DNA from: an uncultured Actinomycetota bacterium
Lineage (GTDB): Bacteria > Actinomycetota > Actinomycetes > JAHEKZ01
Assembly: GCA_963712425.1 (NCBI GenBank)
Contig: CAVQHW010000005.1
Location: 968 to 64,967 of the forward strand
DNA: 64,000 nucleotides
Direction of reading: 5' to 3'
In this document: positions 9,916 to 19,498 of the stretch, piece by piece
How positions within the stretch are numbered: the first letter of the stretch is position 1
Layout: each line of letters starts with the position of its first letter
Position numbers and translations under genes: made by a program
The notes under the pieces: model-generated
Told to the model about the DNA's origin: nothing
The model's database searches: none
What the model saw: only the letters and a program-made list of their open reading frames with translations

Positions 9916-9971
9916 CCCACTAGGCAGCCACATGTCCCCTGTGACGTTGTCGAGCGGTGGCGGGTTCCCGC

Positions 9972-11147
9972 TCACGCCCCGCTGACGATCACCAATTCGT
10001 TGCCTTCGGGGTCTTCGACCCGCCACCGACCCTCAGACTCGTCAAGCAGCCGGCCCCCGGCTGCAATGGTCGCGGCGAGGCGCGTATGCGCGACGTCCGA
10101 CGGGACAGCGAGCTCGAAGTGGATGCGGTTGCGCTGCTGGCGCCGCTCCGTGTCCGAAGCGTCGAGCTCTTGGAACACCAACACCGGGTTCAACCGGCGC
10201 GAATCGTAGATGTCGCTGACCCCGGCTCGTGTGTCGTAGGTGTACCCGAGTGCGCCGACCCAGAATGCGCGGACCGCGGCAACGTCGGCGGCGTCGAGGA
10301 AGAGCTGAGCGAAGCGCGGCAGGCTCAGATCCGCAGTGGCCCCGAGATCGCGGGCAGCGGTCTGGATCGTCTCGGCGAGGTCGGTGAAGTCGAGCTCGAG
10401 GCCGTGGGCGTCCTCCTCCCACTGGTCCTTGCCGCTGTCGATGATCACGAGCCCGGGGCGCAGGTCGACCATCAGCGGGAAGCCCGTGTCGTCGGCCAGC
10501 GTCGCTGCTGCGGCGGCCAGTTCATGCTGCTGTGTCGGCGACGTGATGCGGTAGCACGCCATCGCGCTGAACACCGCCTGCCAGTCGGCTGTCCCGTCGC
10601 TCTCGCCGAGCGCAGCACCCGGCACCAGGTCGACCTCGTTGCCGTCGGGGTCGGTGTGACAGACCCCGAACGGTCCGGACGCCTCACCTAGACCCGCCTT
10701 CTCGACCGCCGCGGCCGGACGCACCACGTCGAGGTGGATGCGGTTTCGCAACGGCCGTGACTCGGCCGATTGCCGGATCCGTATCGCGGGGTCGCGCTGC
10801 AACGGATCCGCCAGACCGCCGTCGTCCCCAGACACGTAGTCGAGCGCACGCTGCCAGAACGGTTTCACCAATGACGGGTTCGCGGATTCGAAGACGACGC
10901 TCAGTTGCTGCAGCACAGCAGGGTTCGCGGCAAGCCCGAGGTCGCGCGCGGCCGTTGACACCGTTTCGGCGTGCTGGTCGGAGTCGAGGCGCACCCGGAT
11001 ACCGGTTGCTCGCACGTCAATCACGGCCTCGGCCGACAGTTCCACGATCCGCCCGGCAAGCGCGGCCCCCTCGATCAGTGACGGCGCGTCGAACCATGCA
11101 GTGGCAACGCCGTCGACCACATGCCAATCCGATTCGATCTCTGTCAT
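9972..11147 (-). CDS. VOC (glyoxalase/bleomycin-resistance/dioxygenase-like) family protein with tandem glyoxalase-like domains
   Basis: Repeated NRIHLDV / NRIHFEL motifs and ...DPDGNE..V / EDPEGNELV endings typical of VOC-fold modules, present three times. The start was placed at MTEIESDWHVVDG. Confidence 0.6.
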   Translation of the reverse strand: MTEIESDWHVVDGVATAWFDAPSLIEGAALAGRIVELSAEAVIDVRATGIRVRLDSDQHAETVSTAARDLGLAANPAVLQQLSVVFESANPSLVKPFWQRALDYVSGDDGGLADPLQRDPAIRIRQSAESRPLRNRIHLDVVRPAAAVEKAGLGEASGPFGVCHTDPDGNEVDLVPGAALGESDGTADWQAVFSAMACYRITSPTQQHELAAAAATLADDTGFPLMVDLRPGLVIIDSGKDQWEEDAHGLELDFTDLAETIQTAARDLGATADLSLPRFAQLFLDAADVAAVRAFWVGALGYTYDTRAGVSDIYDSRRLNPVLVFQELDASDTERRQQRNRIHFELAVPSDVAHTRLAATIAAGGRLLDESEGRWRVEDPEGNELVIVSGA

Positions 11148-11300
11148 GCCCGGCACTGTAGGCGGTGTGCCCCAGAGTGGTGGGGTTGAAGAGCCACCAG
11201 GCGCACCAGAGTCCAGGATGGTTCCCGACTCAAGCACTTTGGATTCGACTCAACATTTCGAAGGGTTCAGCGCGTCTTTACTAGTGAGGAAAGGGGTGGG

Positions 11301-11807
11301 ATGGACGAGTTCGACGGTTTCGTACGTGCCACCGCCCCTTCACTTGCCAAGTTCGCCTACCTGCTGTGCGGCGATCGGCATACCGCGGAGGACCTTGTCC
11401 AGTCCTCGCTGTTGAAGGCACACCGATACTGGAGCCGAGTGCAGGCGGCTAACAGCAGAGAGGCATACGTCCGCCAGATCATCCTGCGTGAGTTTCTCTC
11501 ATGGCGACGACTCAAGTCATCCGGCGAGATGGTGACCGAACCTGCCGAGCTGTCATTGCGAGAGGCGCAGATCGTTGGCGATCCATCGGACCACGTCGTT
11601 GAAGCGGACGCCATGTGGGCGACCCTCCTTCGCCTCCCGAAGAAGCAACGATCCGCTTTGGTCCTGCGGTACTACCTCGATCTGCCTGATCAGGAGATCG
11701 CGGAGATGTTGGGTTGCTCTGCCATCACGGTGCGATCCCACATCTCTCGGGGACTCCAGACGTTACGTCACAACTCGAATACGCGGAGAGAGGAAGCACC
11801 GCGATGA
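11301..11807 (+). CDS. RNA polymerase sigma-70 family ECF sigma factor
   Basis: Region 2 (DLVQSSLLKAHRYW) and region 4 (LPKKQRSALVLRYYLDLPDQEIAEMLGCSAITVRSHISRG) signatures. Its stop overlaps the next gene start (ATGA). Confidence 0.85.
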   Translation: MDEFDGFVRATAPSLAKFAYLLCGDRHTAEDLVQSSLLKAHRYWSRVQAANSREAYVRQIILREFLSWRRLKSSGEMVTEPAELSLREAQIVGDPSDHVVEADAMWATLLRLPKKQRSALVLRYYLDLPDQEIAEMLGCSAITVRSHISRGLQTLRHNSNTRREEAPR

Positions 11808-12913
11808 GCGATACCGAAGAACTCCTGAGGGGAGTGCTGCGCCAGCGCGCAGAAGAAGCGCCCGGCATGCATGACCTACAACTGAACACGCCATTGCCGG
11901 GACGCAGGTGGCGGTGGATGGCCCCGCTTGCGGTGGCAGCGGTCACTGCGGCCCTGGTTCTCGGTATCGCCTCCCTCAGCGACTGGCACAGAGGAACAAC
12001 AGACACAGCGTCGGTTCCCGACCCTGACCTATCCGGGGTTCTGTATACGGTCATCTACCGCTTAAACCAGGGGCCGGATGAACGCACGGTTCTCTTCACC
12101 ACTGACCGCGACGGAAACTCCAGCCGGGTCTCCACGTCCGACATGAACATGGACACAGCTGATTGGTCACCCGATGGGACACAGATTGCCTTTGCTGGAT
12201 TTCGACAGGGAGAAATGTTTCCCGGCCTATACGTCATGTCCGCCGATGGTACCGATATCAAGAGCGTGATCGAGCGTGACGCATCTGACCCCTGCTGTCA
12301 TCGGATTGATGTCTACCCAACCGTCGCAGAGTGGTCAACAGACGGATCAAGTATCTACTTCATCGGTGGCACTGATCACGGCATGGTGCTCAAGAACATC
12401 GACGTTGCTACCGGATCCGTCACGACGGTTACCAACCCCGGCAGTCCGTACTTCGCTGTGTCGCCCCTAGATGATCAGCTGGCGGTAATTCGTGGCACGA
12501 CCAACGATGAAGACGACGAAGAATCAACCTCAACCTTCGTGCTCTCGATCGCGGATGGGTCAGTGATCGAGGAGAGGCCCGGAACCGGCCGCACCCCCGC
12601 TTGGTCCCCCGACGGGCAGAAGCTGGCGTATGCAGACGAGCAAGACCAGTGGATCATCGAGGATATGACATCCGGCTCGACGGTGCAGCTCGATCCTCCG
12701 AGTGAGGGAATGTACATCGGCGAGGTCGCGTGGGGTCCCGATGAGAACTACCTCGTCATCGAGACGGTGACTCCCGACAACCGCATGCAGCTGTTCGTCG
12801 TAGACCTCTCAGCCCGCACCTATCAACCGGTTGGTGACATGGGCGAAGGCAAACTCATCGGTGACATTTCCTGGGGGCACTCACCCGCCTCGACACCACC
12901 GGCTGACGAGTAA
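11804..12913 (+). CDS. membrane-anchored PD40 beta-propeller protein, putative anti-sigma factor partner
   Basis: Short cytoplasmic N-terminus, one TM (WMAPLAVAAVTAALVLGIA), then PD40 blades (WSPDGTQIAF, AWSPDGQKLAY). It is translationally coupled to the ECF sigma gene. Confidence 0.6.
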   Translation: MSDTEELLRGVLRQRAEEAPGMHDLQLNTPLPGRRWRWMAPLAVAAVTAALVLGIASLSDWHRGTTDTASVPDPDLSGVLYTVIYRLNQGPDERTVLFTTDRDGNSSRVSTSDMNMDTADWSPDGTQIAFAGFRQGEMFPGLYVMSADGTDIKSVIERDASDPCCHRIDVYPTVAEWSTDGSSIYFIGGTDHGMVLKNIDVATGSVTTVTNPGSPYFAVSPLDDQLAVIRGTTNDEDDEESTSTFVLSIADGSVIEERPGTGRTPAWSPDGQKLAYADEQDQWIIEDMTSGSTVQLDPPSEGMYIGEVAWGPDENYLVIETVTPDNRMQLFVVDLSARTYQPVGDMGEGKLIGDISWGHSPASTPPADE

Positions 12914-13004
12914 GCAGGGGTATTTGCAGAGCTGTACCAGCACGCGCAGATCGCACCCAAAGAACTCAGTCGACGGTTCCCACGAGTTGTCCTAGGGTCT
13001 CGCC

Positions 13005-13550
13005 GTGCAGATTCGTGAAGAGTCACCGAATGAGCATGGGGCGGCGGCTGAGGTTCAGCGCGAGGCCTTCGGACGTGAAGCGCACGACGCGGTTTCCTAC
13101 GTTGCAGATCTCCGGGCCTCGTTGTCCTCAGAGCCGGGCCTGTCCATCGTCGCCATCGACGAGGACAAAGTGGTTGGACACGCGCTATTCACGCACAATC
13201 TGTTGGATGCTCCGAAGGAACTCGTGGACGTTCAAGTGCTGAGTCCGATAGGCGTCCTGCCTGCCTACCAGAGGCAGGGGGTAGGCAGCGCCTTAGTCAG
13301 ATTCGGTCTCGAGGAACTTGCGCAACGTGATGTCCCCATGGTGGTCCTGGAAGGTTCACCGGACTACTACGCCAGATTTGGATTCATGCCGGGGAATCGC
13401 TTTGGTTTACGGAGGCCATCGCTTCGCATTCCCGAAGCGGCCTTCCAAGTGAAGATGCTCCCTTCCTACGAACCGTGGATGACCGGCACAGTGGTCTATC
13501 GGCCTGAGTTCTGGAATCACGACGCCGTAGGGCTGCGGGACAATCAGTAG
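13005..13550 (+). CDS. GNAT family N-acetyltransferase
   Basis: GTG start. Acetyl-CoA binding motif QRQGVGSALV and C-terminal YYARFGF. Confidence 0.75.
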   Translation: MQIREESPNEHGAAAEVQREAFGREAHDAVSYVADLRASLSSEPGLSIVAIDEDKVVGHALFTHNLLDAPKELVDVQVLSPIGVLPAYQRQGVGSALVRFGLEELAQRDVPMVVLEGSPDYYARFGFMPGNRFGLRRPSLRIPEAAFQVKMLPSYEPWMTGTVVYRPEFWNHDAVGLRDNQ

Positions 13551-13583
13551 CGGCATCGGCGGGGGCAATACAGAGGGAACGGG

Positions 13584-13656
13584 TGCGCCGCCAGGGACTC
13601 GAACCCCGAACCCGCGGATTAAGAGTCCGCTGCTCTGCCAATTGAGCTAGCGGCGC
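13584..13656 (-). tRNA. tRNA-Lys (anticodon CTT)
   Basis: Reverse complement folds as GCGCCGC-TA-GCTC-AATTGGCA-GAGC-A-GCGGA-CTCTTAA-TCCGC-GGGTT-CGGGG-TTCGAGT-CCCTG-GCGGCGC-A. This is a 73-nt cloverleaf with the GTTCGAGTCC T-loop. CCA is not encoded. Confidence 0.85.
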
Positions 13657-13756
13657 GATGCTCGAGGGACCCTAGACGCGGCCTTCGAAGCGAAGGGAAC
13701 TCTAGCAGCGGCCCCGGCTCGCTCCGAAATCGACCTAGGCCGAAACTACCGCCAGA

Positions 13757-13966
13757 TCAGCGTCTGGCCTTGACCAACTGCGGATCCAGGCTCCTTGGAT
13801 CAAGCCAGCCGTTCTCGACAGCCAGAATCTCCCAGGACTCCGGACCGTCCGGGTTCCACAGGTCATGCAACAGCGACAACGGGACGTGTTGGTAAAGCAG
13901 GTTCATCACCATCTCGGTCGCACCCCCTTGATTGACGTTCGACGTTCGATTCCCCTTGACCGTCAC
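13757..13966 (-). CDS. hypothetical small protein
   Basis: 69-aa ORF (…LLHDLWNPDGPESWEILAVENGW…) in the gap between tRNA-Lys and the phosphoesterase gene. No family assignment. Confidence 0.25.
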   Translation of the reverse strand: MTVKGNRTSNVNQGGATEMVMNLLYQHVPLSLLHDLWNPDGPESWEILAVENGWLDPRSLDPQLVKARR

Positions 13967-14098
13967 ATCATGAAGTTCGGAGTTGCGCGCAGAACGCTTG
14001 CTGAACCGAACGGGTGTGACGTACGCAACTGCTCGCCCAGTTGGGGGTAGGGCATTCGCCCGGTCGGCGCATCAACTCAGTTGGCGAACGCGCCGCGA

Positions 14099-15142
14099 CT
14101 ACTTCTTCGGACTGTTGGTGCAGCGCTGCGATCCGGCGTCCATGACCTTCTCGTTGGAAGCGTCGATCATGGCGTACTCGTACGTGCCTTCTGAGGAAAG
14201 GCTCATGCGCAGGACGCCGGTGCGATCGCCGAAGCGAACCTTGCTCTTCGGGGCCGGTGGCCCAATCTCGTAGAGCTCCTTGCCGCCCATACCGACGGTG
14301 AACTGCGTCATGCCGTCGATCGGAGCGAACCGCTCGTAGATGTGGTCGTGACCAACGAGGACGACGTCGACACCGCCGGCGTCGGTGGCGTTCCACAAGG
14401 GCTGTGCTCGGTCGATCGTCGGCTGGTCGCCGTTGTAGCCGCCGGAGGTGTGCAATGGGTGGTGCCACACGGCGATCGAGCATGACTCCTTGGACGCCTT
14501 CAGTTCCTTCGCAAGCCACTGGCCCTGCGGAGAGTCGGGGCCGCACCCGTCGATGAACTCACAGTTCGAGTTGAGTAGGAAGACTCGCCACCCTTCGACA
14601 GGGCTGAACGAACTCCAGGACTTCTGCGGCGTCCCAGCGATCTTCTTACCGAAGTAGTCGAAGTAGCCGCTGGCGCCCTCGGTGTAGTACTCGTGGTTGC
14701 CGGGCACCGGCTTGGTGATGGACTTCAGCTCGCCGAAGTACTTGTCGTAGACCTGGTTGAACTTCTCGAGTGTCGCGTCCTCGTACTGGATGTCACCAGG
14801 GACGATGAACCACTCAGCGCCCTGTCGCACCAGTTTCTTGGTGAGCCGCGCCACCTCTTCGTGACGGCAGTACTGCGGGTCGTCGTAGACCGGGCTGGTC
14901 GGGTCGCAAGCGATGTCTGCCACCGTGACGATGTCGACCACCTGCTCCTCGGGCTCAGGTTCGCTCGTCGACTGCGTTGGCGCGGGGGAGGTGGACGCCG
15001 GATCGGCCCGCTCTGGGTCAGCGCCCTCGGAGCCCGCGGAACACCCGACCGCTACCAGGCACACGACCACCGCACCCAAGCAGGCGCGCGTGAGTCTGGT
15101 CTGACGCTTCACTGGAAGGACCCCCCTGGCGCACGAACCCAC
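14099..15142 (-). CDS. metallophosphoesterase (calcineurin-like) lipoprotein
   Basis: Signal peptide plus lipobox (LVAVGCS). MPP motifs GDIQYED, GNHEY, VWHHP, VGHDHIYER. Confidence 0.8.
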   Translation of the reverse strand: MGSCARGVLPVKRQTRLTRACLGAVVVCLVAVGCSAGSEGADPERADPASTSPAPTQSTSEPEPEEQVVDIVTVADIACDPTSPVYDDPQYCRHEEVARLTKKLVRQGAEWFIVPGDIQYEDATLEKFNQVYDKYFGELKSITKPVPGNHEYYTEGASGYFDYFGKKIAGTPQKSWSSFSPVEGWRVFLLNSNCEFIDGCGPDSPQGQWLAKELKASKESCSIAVWHHPLHTSGGYNGDQPTIDRAQPLWNATDAGGVDVVLVGHDHIYERFAPIDGMTQFTVGMGGKELYEIGPPAPKSKVRFGDRTGVLRMSLSSEGTYEYAMIDASNEKVMDAGSQRCTNSPKK

Positions 15143-15165
15143 TCAGTGTGACACGCAGAGCTGGG

Positions 15166-17157
15166 TCAGACCGCCAGTTCGGGAAGGTCGCGGAAGTACT
15201 CGAGCGACTCCGGGTTGGCCAGCGCCTCTTTGTTGCGCACCTCGCGTCCGTGAATCACGTCAGCGACCGCCAACTCGGCGAGCTTGTTGCTGCGAGTGCG
15301 GGGCAGGTCATCGACCGCGATGATGCGGGCCGGCACGTGTCGGGGCGAGCAGTTCTCGCGCAGCGTCCGCTTGATCGTCTTCACGACGTCCTCGTTCAAC
15401 TCAGCACCGTCACCCATTCGGACGAACAGCACGATGCGGGTGTCGTCATCCCAGGCTTGTCCAACCGCTAGCGACTCGAGCACCTCGGGCAGCCGCTCGA
15501 CCTGTCGGTAGATCTCGGCGGTTCCGATCCGGACGCCGCCGGCGTTGAGCGTTGCATCTGACCGTCCGTGAATGACCAGCCCGCCGTGCGGCGTCCACGA
15601 TGCGAAGTCGCCGTGCGCCCAGATTCCCTCGAACCGATCGAAGTAGGCGCCGTGGTAGCGCGCCCCGTCTGGGTCGTTCCAGAAACTCACCGGCATCGAC
15701 GGGAACGGAACCGTGCACACCAGCTCGCCGTGTACTCCAGGTGCGTCTCGCAGCGACTTGCCCGACTCGTCATATACGTCGACGGCCATGCCGAGCACCG
15801 GCCCCTGGATCTCGCCTCGGTACACCGGACGCGTGGGGTCGCCAGCCACGAAGCAGCCACAGATGTCAGTGCCGCCCGAAATGGAAGCCAGGTGCAAGTC
15901 GCTCTTGACCGAGTCGTAGACGTACTCGAAGCCCTCGTCGACAAGTGGCGAGCCGGTCGACGCAATCGTGCGCAGCGACGCGAGCGAATGTGTCTCGCGC
16001 GGAACGACGTTCGCCTTGCGCGACGCATCGATGAACTTCGCCGAGGTTCCGAAGAAGGTGATGCCGAGTTCGTCGACCAGATCCCACAGCCGATCCGGCT
16101 TCGGGTGAAACGGTGAGCCGTCGTACAACACCAAGGACGCCCCGCACGCGAGGGCGGACACGAGCCAGTTCCACATCATCCAGCCGCAGGTCGTGAAGTA
16201 GAACACGACATCGCCTGGCTTGATGTCGCACTGCAGCCGCTGCTCGACTGCATGCTTCAACGCCAACCCAGCGCCACTGTGCACGATGCACTTCGGTGCA
16301 CCCGTCGTCCCCGAGCTGTAGAGAATGAAGCCGGGCTCGGACGGCGCCAACCGCACCGGCTCGACGCGCGGCTCGGCTGCCCCCATGACGATTGCGTTCT
16401 GCCAGAGCACCGCTGATGCGGACGCGCTGGTCAGCGACGTGACGTCCGGTGCGGCTTCGAGCTCACCCACCACAACGGTGACCTTCAGCGACGGCAACCC
16501 GGCTGCCACCTCGGCGAGCCGCTCCAGTCGCGGTTGGTGCTTGCCGGCATAGACATAGCCGTCGGTGCCAACGAGCACGGTCGGTTCGACCTGGCCGAAG
16601 CGGTCGAGCACGCCGGCGACACCAAAGTCGGGCGACGTGGATGTGAACACCGCACCGACGAGCGAGGTACCGAGCATCGTGATCAACACTTCGGGGGTGT
16701 TCGGTAGCCACGCTGCCACGCGGTCACCAGGGCCGACACCGTGCGAACGCAGGAACGCCGCAAACGCGAACGCGTCGTCAGAGAGCTGCTGCCACGACAG
16801 CGTGCGGCGGACGTCGTCCTCGCGCACGAAAGTCACAGCCGTCGTGTCAGCCGATGCCCCTGAACGTGTCACACCCTCAAGCAGGTTCTCGGCGTAACAG
16901 ATGGCGGCGTCCGGAAAGAACCGCGCATGCTCCATGTCGTCACCGACGACAGCGGGGCCGTCGCCCCGGTCGCCGACAATCCAACGCTCGACGATGGCGT
17001 CCCAGAACTCAGCAACGGCGGTCGTCGACCACGAGTGCAGTGCGGCGGTGTCGGCGAGATCGACGCCATGCTGCTCAGACAACTCGCGTCGCAGCGTGTC
17101 GATCTGGCTGGAGCGAACAGAGTCAGCGTCAGGCGTCCACAGGGGGGAGTCGTTCAC
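15166..17157 (-). CDS. aacS: acetoacetate--CoA ligase (acetoacetyl-CoA synthetase)
   Basis: 663-aa ANL-superfamily adenylating enzyme. The N-terminal MNDSPLWTPDADSV...FWD region and AMP-binding motifs (YSSGTTGAPK) match the AacS subfamily. Confidence 0.9.
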   Translation of the reverse strand: MNDSPLWTPDADSVRSSQIDTLRRELSEQHGVDLADTAALHSWSTTAVAEFWDAIVERWIVGDRGDGPAVVGDDMEHARFFPDAAICYAENLLEGVTRSGASADTTAVTFVREDDVRRTLSWQQLSDDAFAFAAFLRSHGVGPGDRVAAWLPNTPEVLITMLGTSLVGAVFTSTSPDFGVAGVLDRFGQVEPTVLVGTDGYVYAGKHQPRLERLAEVAAGLPSLKVTVVVGELEAAPDVTSLTSASASAVLWQNAIVMGAAEPRVEPVRLAPSEPGFILYSSGTTGAPKCIVHSGAGLALKHAVEQRLQCDIKPGDVVFYFTTCGWMMWNWLVSALACGASLVLYDGSPFHPKPDRLWDLVDELGITFFGTSAKFIDASRKANVVPRETHSLASLRTIASTGSPLVDEGFEYVYDSVKSDLHLASISGGTDICGCFVAGDPTRPVYRGEIQGPVLGMAVDVYDESGKSLRDAPGVHGELVCTVPFPSMPVSFWNDPDGARYHGAYFDRFEGIWAHGDFASWTPHGGLVIHGRSDATLNAGGVRIGTAEIYRQVERLPEVLESLAVGQAWDDDTRIVLFVRMGDGAELNEDVVKTIKRTLRENCSPRHVPARIIAVDDLPRTRSNKLAELAVADVIHGREVRNKEALANPESLEYFRDLPELAV

Positions 17158-17190
17158 GCCCCCATCTTGCCGAACGAGGTCACGCCATGT

Positions 17191-17475
17191 TCACGGGCCG
17201 GTCAAGTCAATGGGCGGAGCGGCACGAGCAAGCTGCGGATGACCGGCGGATCTGGGAACCGAACCTCGTTGACGCTCATGCGCTGCGTGAGAGAAGTTGG
17301 CGCCAATTCCTGGCTCTTCTACGCCTGCTGTGGTCATCCAGAAGTCGACCATCTCGTCGAACTCGCGCTTATGACCTGGGTCGAGCAGGTTGCGAATTCC
17401 GGTAGCCGGATCGACCCACCCTATGGAACGACCCGACTCATCCAAGATGTCGATCCGATCGACGGCAGCAGACAT
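17191..17475 (-). CDS. hypothetical protein
   Basis: Central region of ORF 17191..17634 looks protein-like (DILDESGRSIGWVDPATGIRNLLDPGHKREFDEMVDFW). The start was chosen at the Met preceded by a gggaagggg SD-like sequence. Weak call. Confidence 0.25.
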   Translation of the reverse strand: MSAAVDRIDILDESGRSIGWVDPATGIRNLLDPGHKREFDEMVDFWMTTAGVEEPGIGANFSHAAHERQRGSVPRSAGHPQLARAAPPIDLTGP

Positions 17476-17590
17476 GCAGACCCCTTCCCCACACCCATCA
17501 CAACCTGTTCCCCACCAGAAGTGTCGGTCGATGGGTGCCATGAGTTGACCGATCTGCAGGGGGACGATCGCGGAGCGGTACGCCGAATGG

Positions 17591-18229
17591 GTGACTGGCA
17601 CGAAGGGTGGAACGGGCGCTGACCGATTCCTCACCAGGGACTACCTGGGAGGTCACGTGTCCACACGCAAGAACCCCGGCGCCGTCGACGAGGTTGCAGA
17701 GTCAGCCGTCGACGGCTCGGTCGAGCCGGTGCTTGATCCAGAGCTCGACCAGGTCCCGGACGAAGAGCTTGCCGCCGATGCCCCGTCATCCGGCGAGGAC
17801 GATGACGCGAGCGAGAAGCCAGCGCGGACGCCGCGCAGCCGGCTGAAGATCGTGGTGGGTACTGCCGCCGCACTCGTGGTGGCAGCCGTCGCGGTAGCAG
17901 TTGCCGGTGCCATGGGTGGCTCGGAGCCGACCGGGATCCCTGAGACCGTCGGCGACCCCGTCGTCGTTCTCACAGCCTTGAACGAAGGCGGCATCGCCTG
18001 CACCGGTACTGCCGTGTCAGGTCAGGTAGCCACCTGCAACGCCACCGTTGCCGTTCGCATCTTCGACTCACCAGCGGACGCCAAGGCGTATGTCACCGAC
18101 CTTCTCAAGGACCCGCTGACCAGCTCTGCGATCGGATGGGTGAGCCACGGCAACACCGTCGTCGCCGGGCCACTGACGGCCACTCCCGAGATCGCAGCTG
18201 CACTGGGAGAGGGCTCGCAGATCCACTGA
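17591..18229 (+). CDS. hypothetical membrane-anchored protein with acidic disordered N-terminus
   Basis: Asp/Glu-rich N-terminal ~90 aa, one TM (IVVGTAAALVVAAVAVAVAGAM) and a ~110-aa extracytoplasmic domain with two Cys. The start is uncertain (alternative GTG near 17656). Confidence 0.4.
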   Translation: MTGTKGGTGADRFLTRDYLGGHVSTRKNPGAVDEVAESAVDGSVEPVLDPELDQVPDEELAADAPSSGEDDDASEKPARTPRSRLKIVVGTAAALVVAAVAVAVAGAMGGSEPTGIPETVGDPVVVLTALNEGGIACTGTAVSGQVATCNATVAVRIFDSPADAKAYVTDLLKDPLTSSAIGWVSHGNTVVAGPLTATPEIAAALGEGSQIH

Positions 18230-18322
18230 TCCGCCGCTGGCCCGACCCTGGCTGGACGCCGGTGCCCGCTGCTTGGGCGTTGCGTCGGTGATGTGTCAGC
18301 CGTCGGCATTACCGTCGCGATC

Positions 18323-19498
18323 ATGCGGCTGCTGCACACCTCTGACTGGCATCTGGGCCGGGGCCTTCACGGCCTCGACCTCCACGATGCCCAGCGGCAG
18401 TTCATCAGCCAGATCGTCCACACCGTCCGTGAGCACGATGTCGACGCCGTCCTGATCGCCGGTGACGTCTTCGACCGAGCGATTCCACCGGTGCCCGCGG
18501 TGAAGCTGTGGGCTCAGGCGCTGCGCGAGCTCTCTGCCCTCGTTCCGGTGATCGCCATTTCCGGTAACCACGACTCCGCGATCCGGCTCGGCGCCGCGTC
18601 CGACCTGTATCGCGAGGGCGTCCACCTGTGCACGTCGATCGACCAGGTCGGGACGCCCATCGTGCTCGCCGACGAGCACGGCCCGGTTGCCCTGTACCCG
18701 ATCCCCTTCCTCGACCCCGACATCGCACGCCATGCGCTCAGTGACTCAGACGAACCACTGGCCCGCTCACACGCCGCGGTGCTGGGTCAGGCGATGCAGC
18801 AGGTTCGCACCGATCTGAGCGCGCGAACGGCGTCCGACCCCGCTACCCGGTCAGTGGTCATGGCGCACGCCTTCGTTATCGCCGGCACACCCCCGGTAAC
18901 CAGCGAGAGTGAACGTGACATCCGCGTCGGGGGAGTCGACAGCGTTCCCTCGGCCGTCTTCGACGGGGTCGACTACGTGGCGCTCGGCCATCTACACGGT
19001 GCCCAGCGCGTCGACGGTGAGCAGGTTCGCTACAGCGGCTCGCCGCTGCGCTACTCATTCAGTGAGACGCGCCAGCGCAAGCAGGTGACGCTGGTCGAGC
19101 TCGACGCCAACGGTCTCGCCGAGGTCACCTCGGTTGAGCTCACGCAACCTCGCGAGATGGCGATCGTGCGCGACACCCTCGAGCGACTGCTGACGGCTGA
19201 GGCATATGACCGCAACGTCGATGACTGGGTGCAGGTCGCCGTGATCGACGACGAGCGGCCAGCTGACTTGAAGCGCAGGGTCTCCGAGCGGTTTCCCCAC
19301 GCCCTGTCGATCAGGCACGAGCCGGTGTCAGGGCCGTTGGCCTCGCACACCGCCTCACAGGTCCGAGTGCCCAGTGCACCCGACGAGGTCGCGGCGTCCT
19401 TTGTTCACTACGTCACCGGTGGTCAGATCACCGAGGCCGAGCTCGCCGCGTTCACCGAGGCATACGAGTTCGCACGCACCGAGCAGGTCGGTGCCTGA
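18323..19498 (+). CDS. sbcD: exonuclease SbcCD subunit D (Mre11-like nuclease)
   Basis: MRLLHTSDWHLG...IAGDVFD...ISGNHD phosphoesterase motifs. Its stop overlaps the sbcC ATG (TGATG). Confidence 0.85.
   Translation: MRLLHTSDWHLGRGLHGLDLHDAQRQFISQIVHTVREHDVDAVLIAGDVFDRAIPPVPAVKLWAQALRELSALVPVIAISGNHDSAIRLGAASDLYREGVHLCTSIDQVGTPIVLADEHGPVALYPIPFLDPDIARHALSDSDEPLARSHAAVLGQAMQQVRTDLSARTASDPATRSVVMAHAFVIAGTPPVTSESERDIRVGGVDSVPSAVFDGVDYVALGHLHGAQRVDGEQVRYSGSPLRYSFSETRQRKQVTLVELDANGLAEVTSVELTQPREMAIVRDTLERLLTAEAYDRNVDDWVQVAVIDDERPADLKRRVSERFPHALSIRHEPVSGPLASHTASQVRVPSAPDEVAASFVHYVTGGQITEAELAAFTEAYEFARTEQVGA

Noticed and set aside
13550-14099. Integrated element at tRNA-Lys (and at tRNA-Arg 43747..43975)
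   Set aside because: No integrase, excisionase or att-like duplication of the tRNA 3' end was seen next to either tRNA. The adjacent genes are ordinary chromosomal genes.
16927-17622. 231-aa plus-strand ORF
   Set aside because: It is largely antisense to the 3' end of aacS and its upstream region, with Gly/Arg-rich composition. The minus-strand small ORF is more protein-like but was itself kept only at low confidence.
17631-18003. Minus-strand ORFs 17631..17873 and 17653..18003 (Ser/Ala/Arg-rich)
   Set aside because: They are antisense to the 17591..18229 gene and have low-complexity composition. They are reading-frame artefacts.
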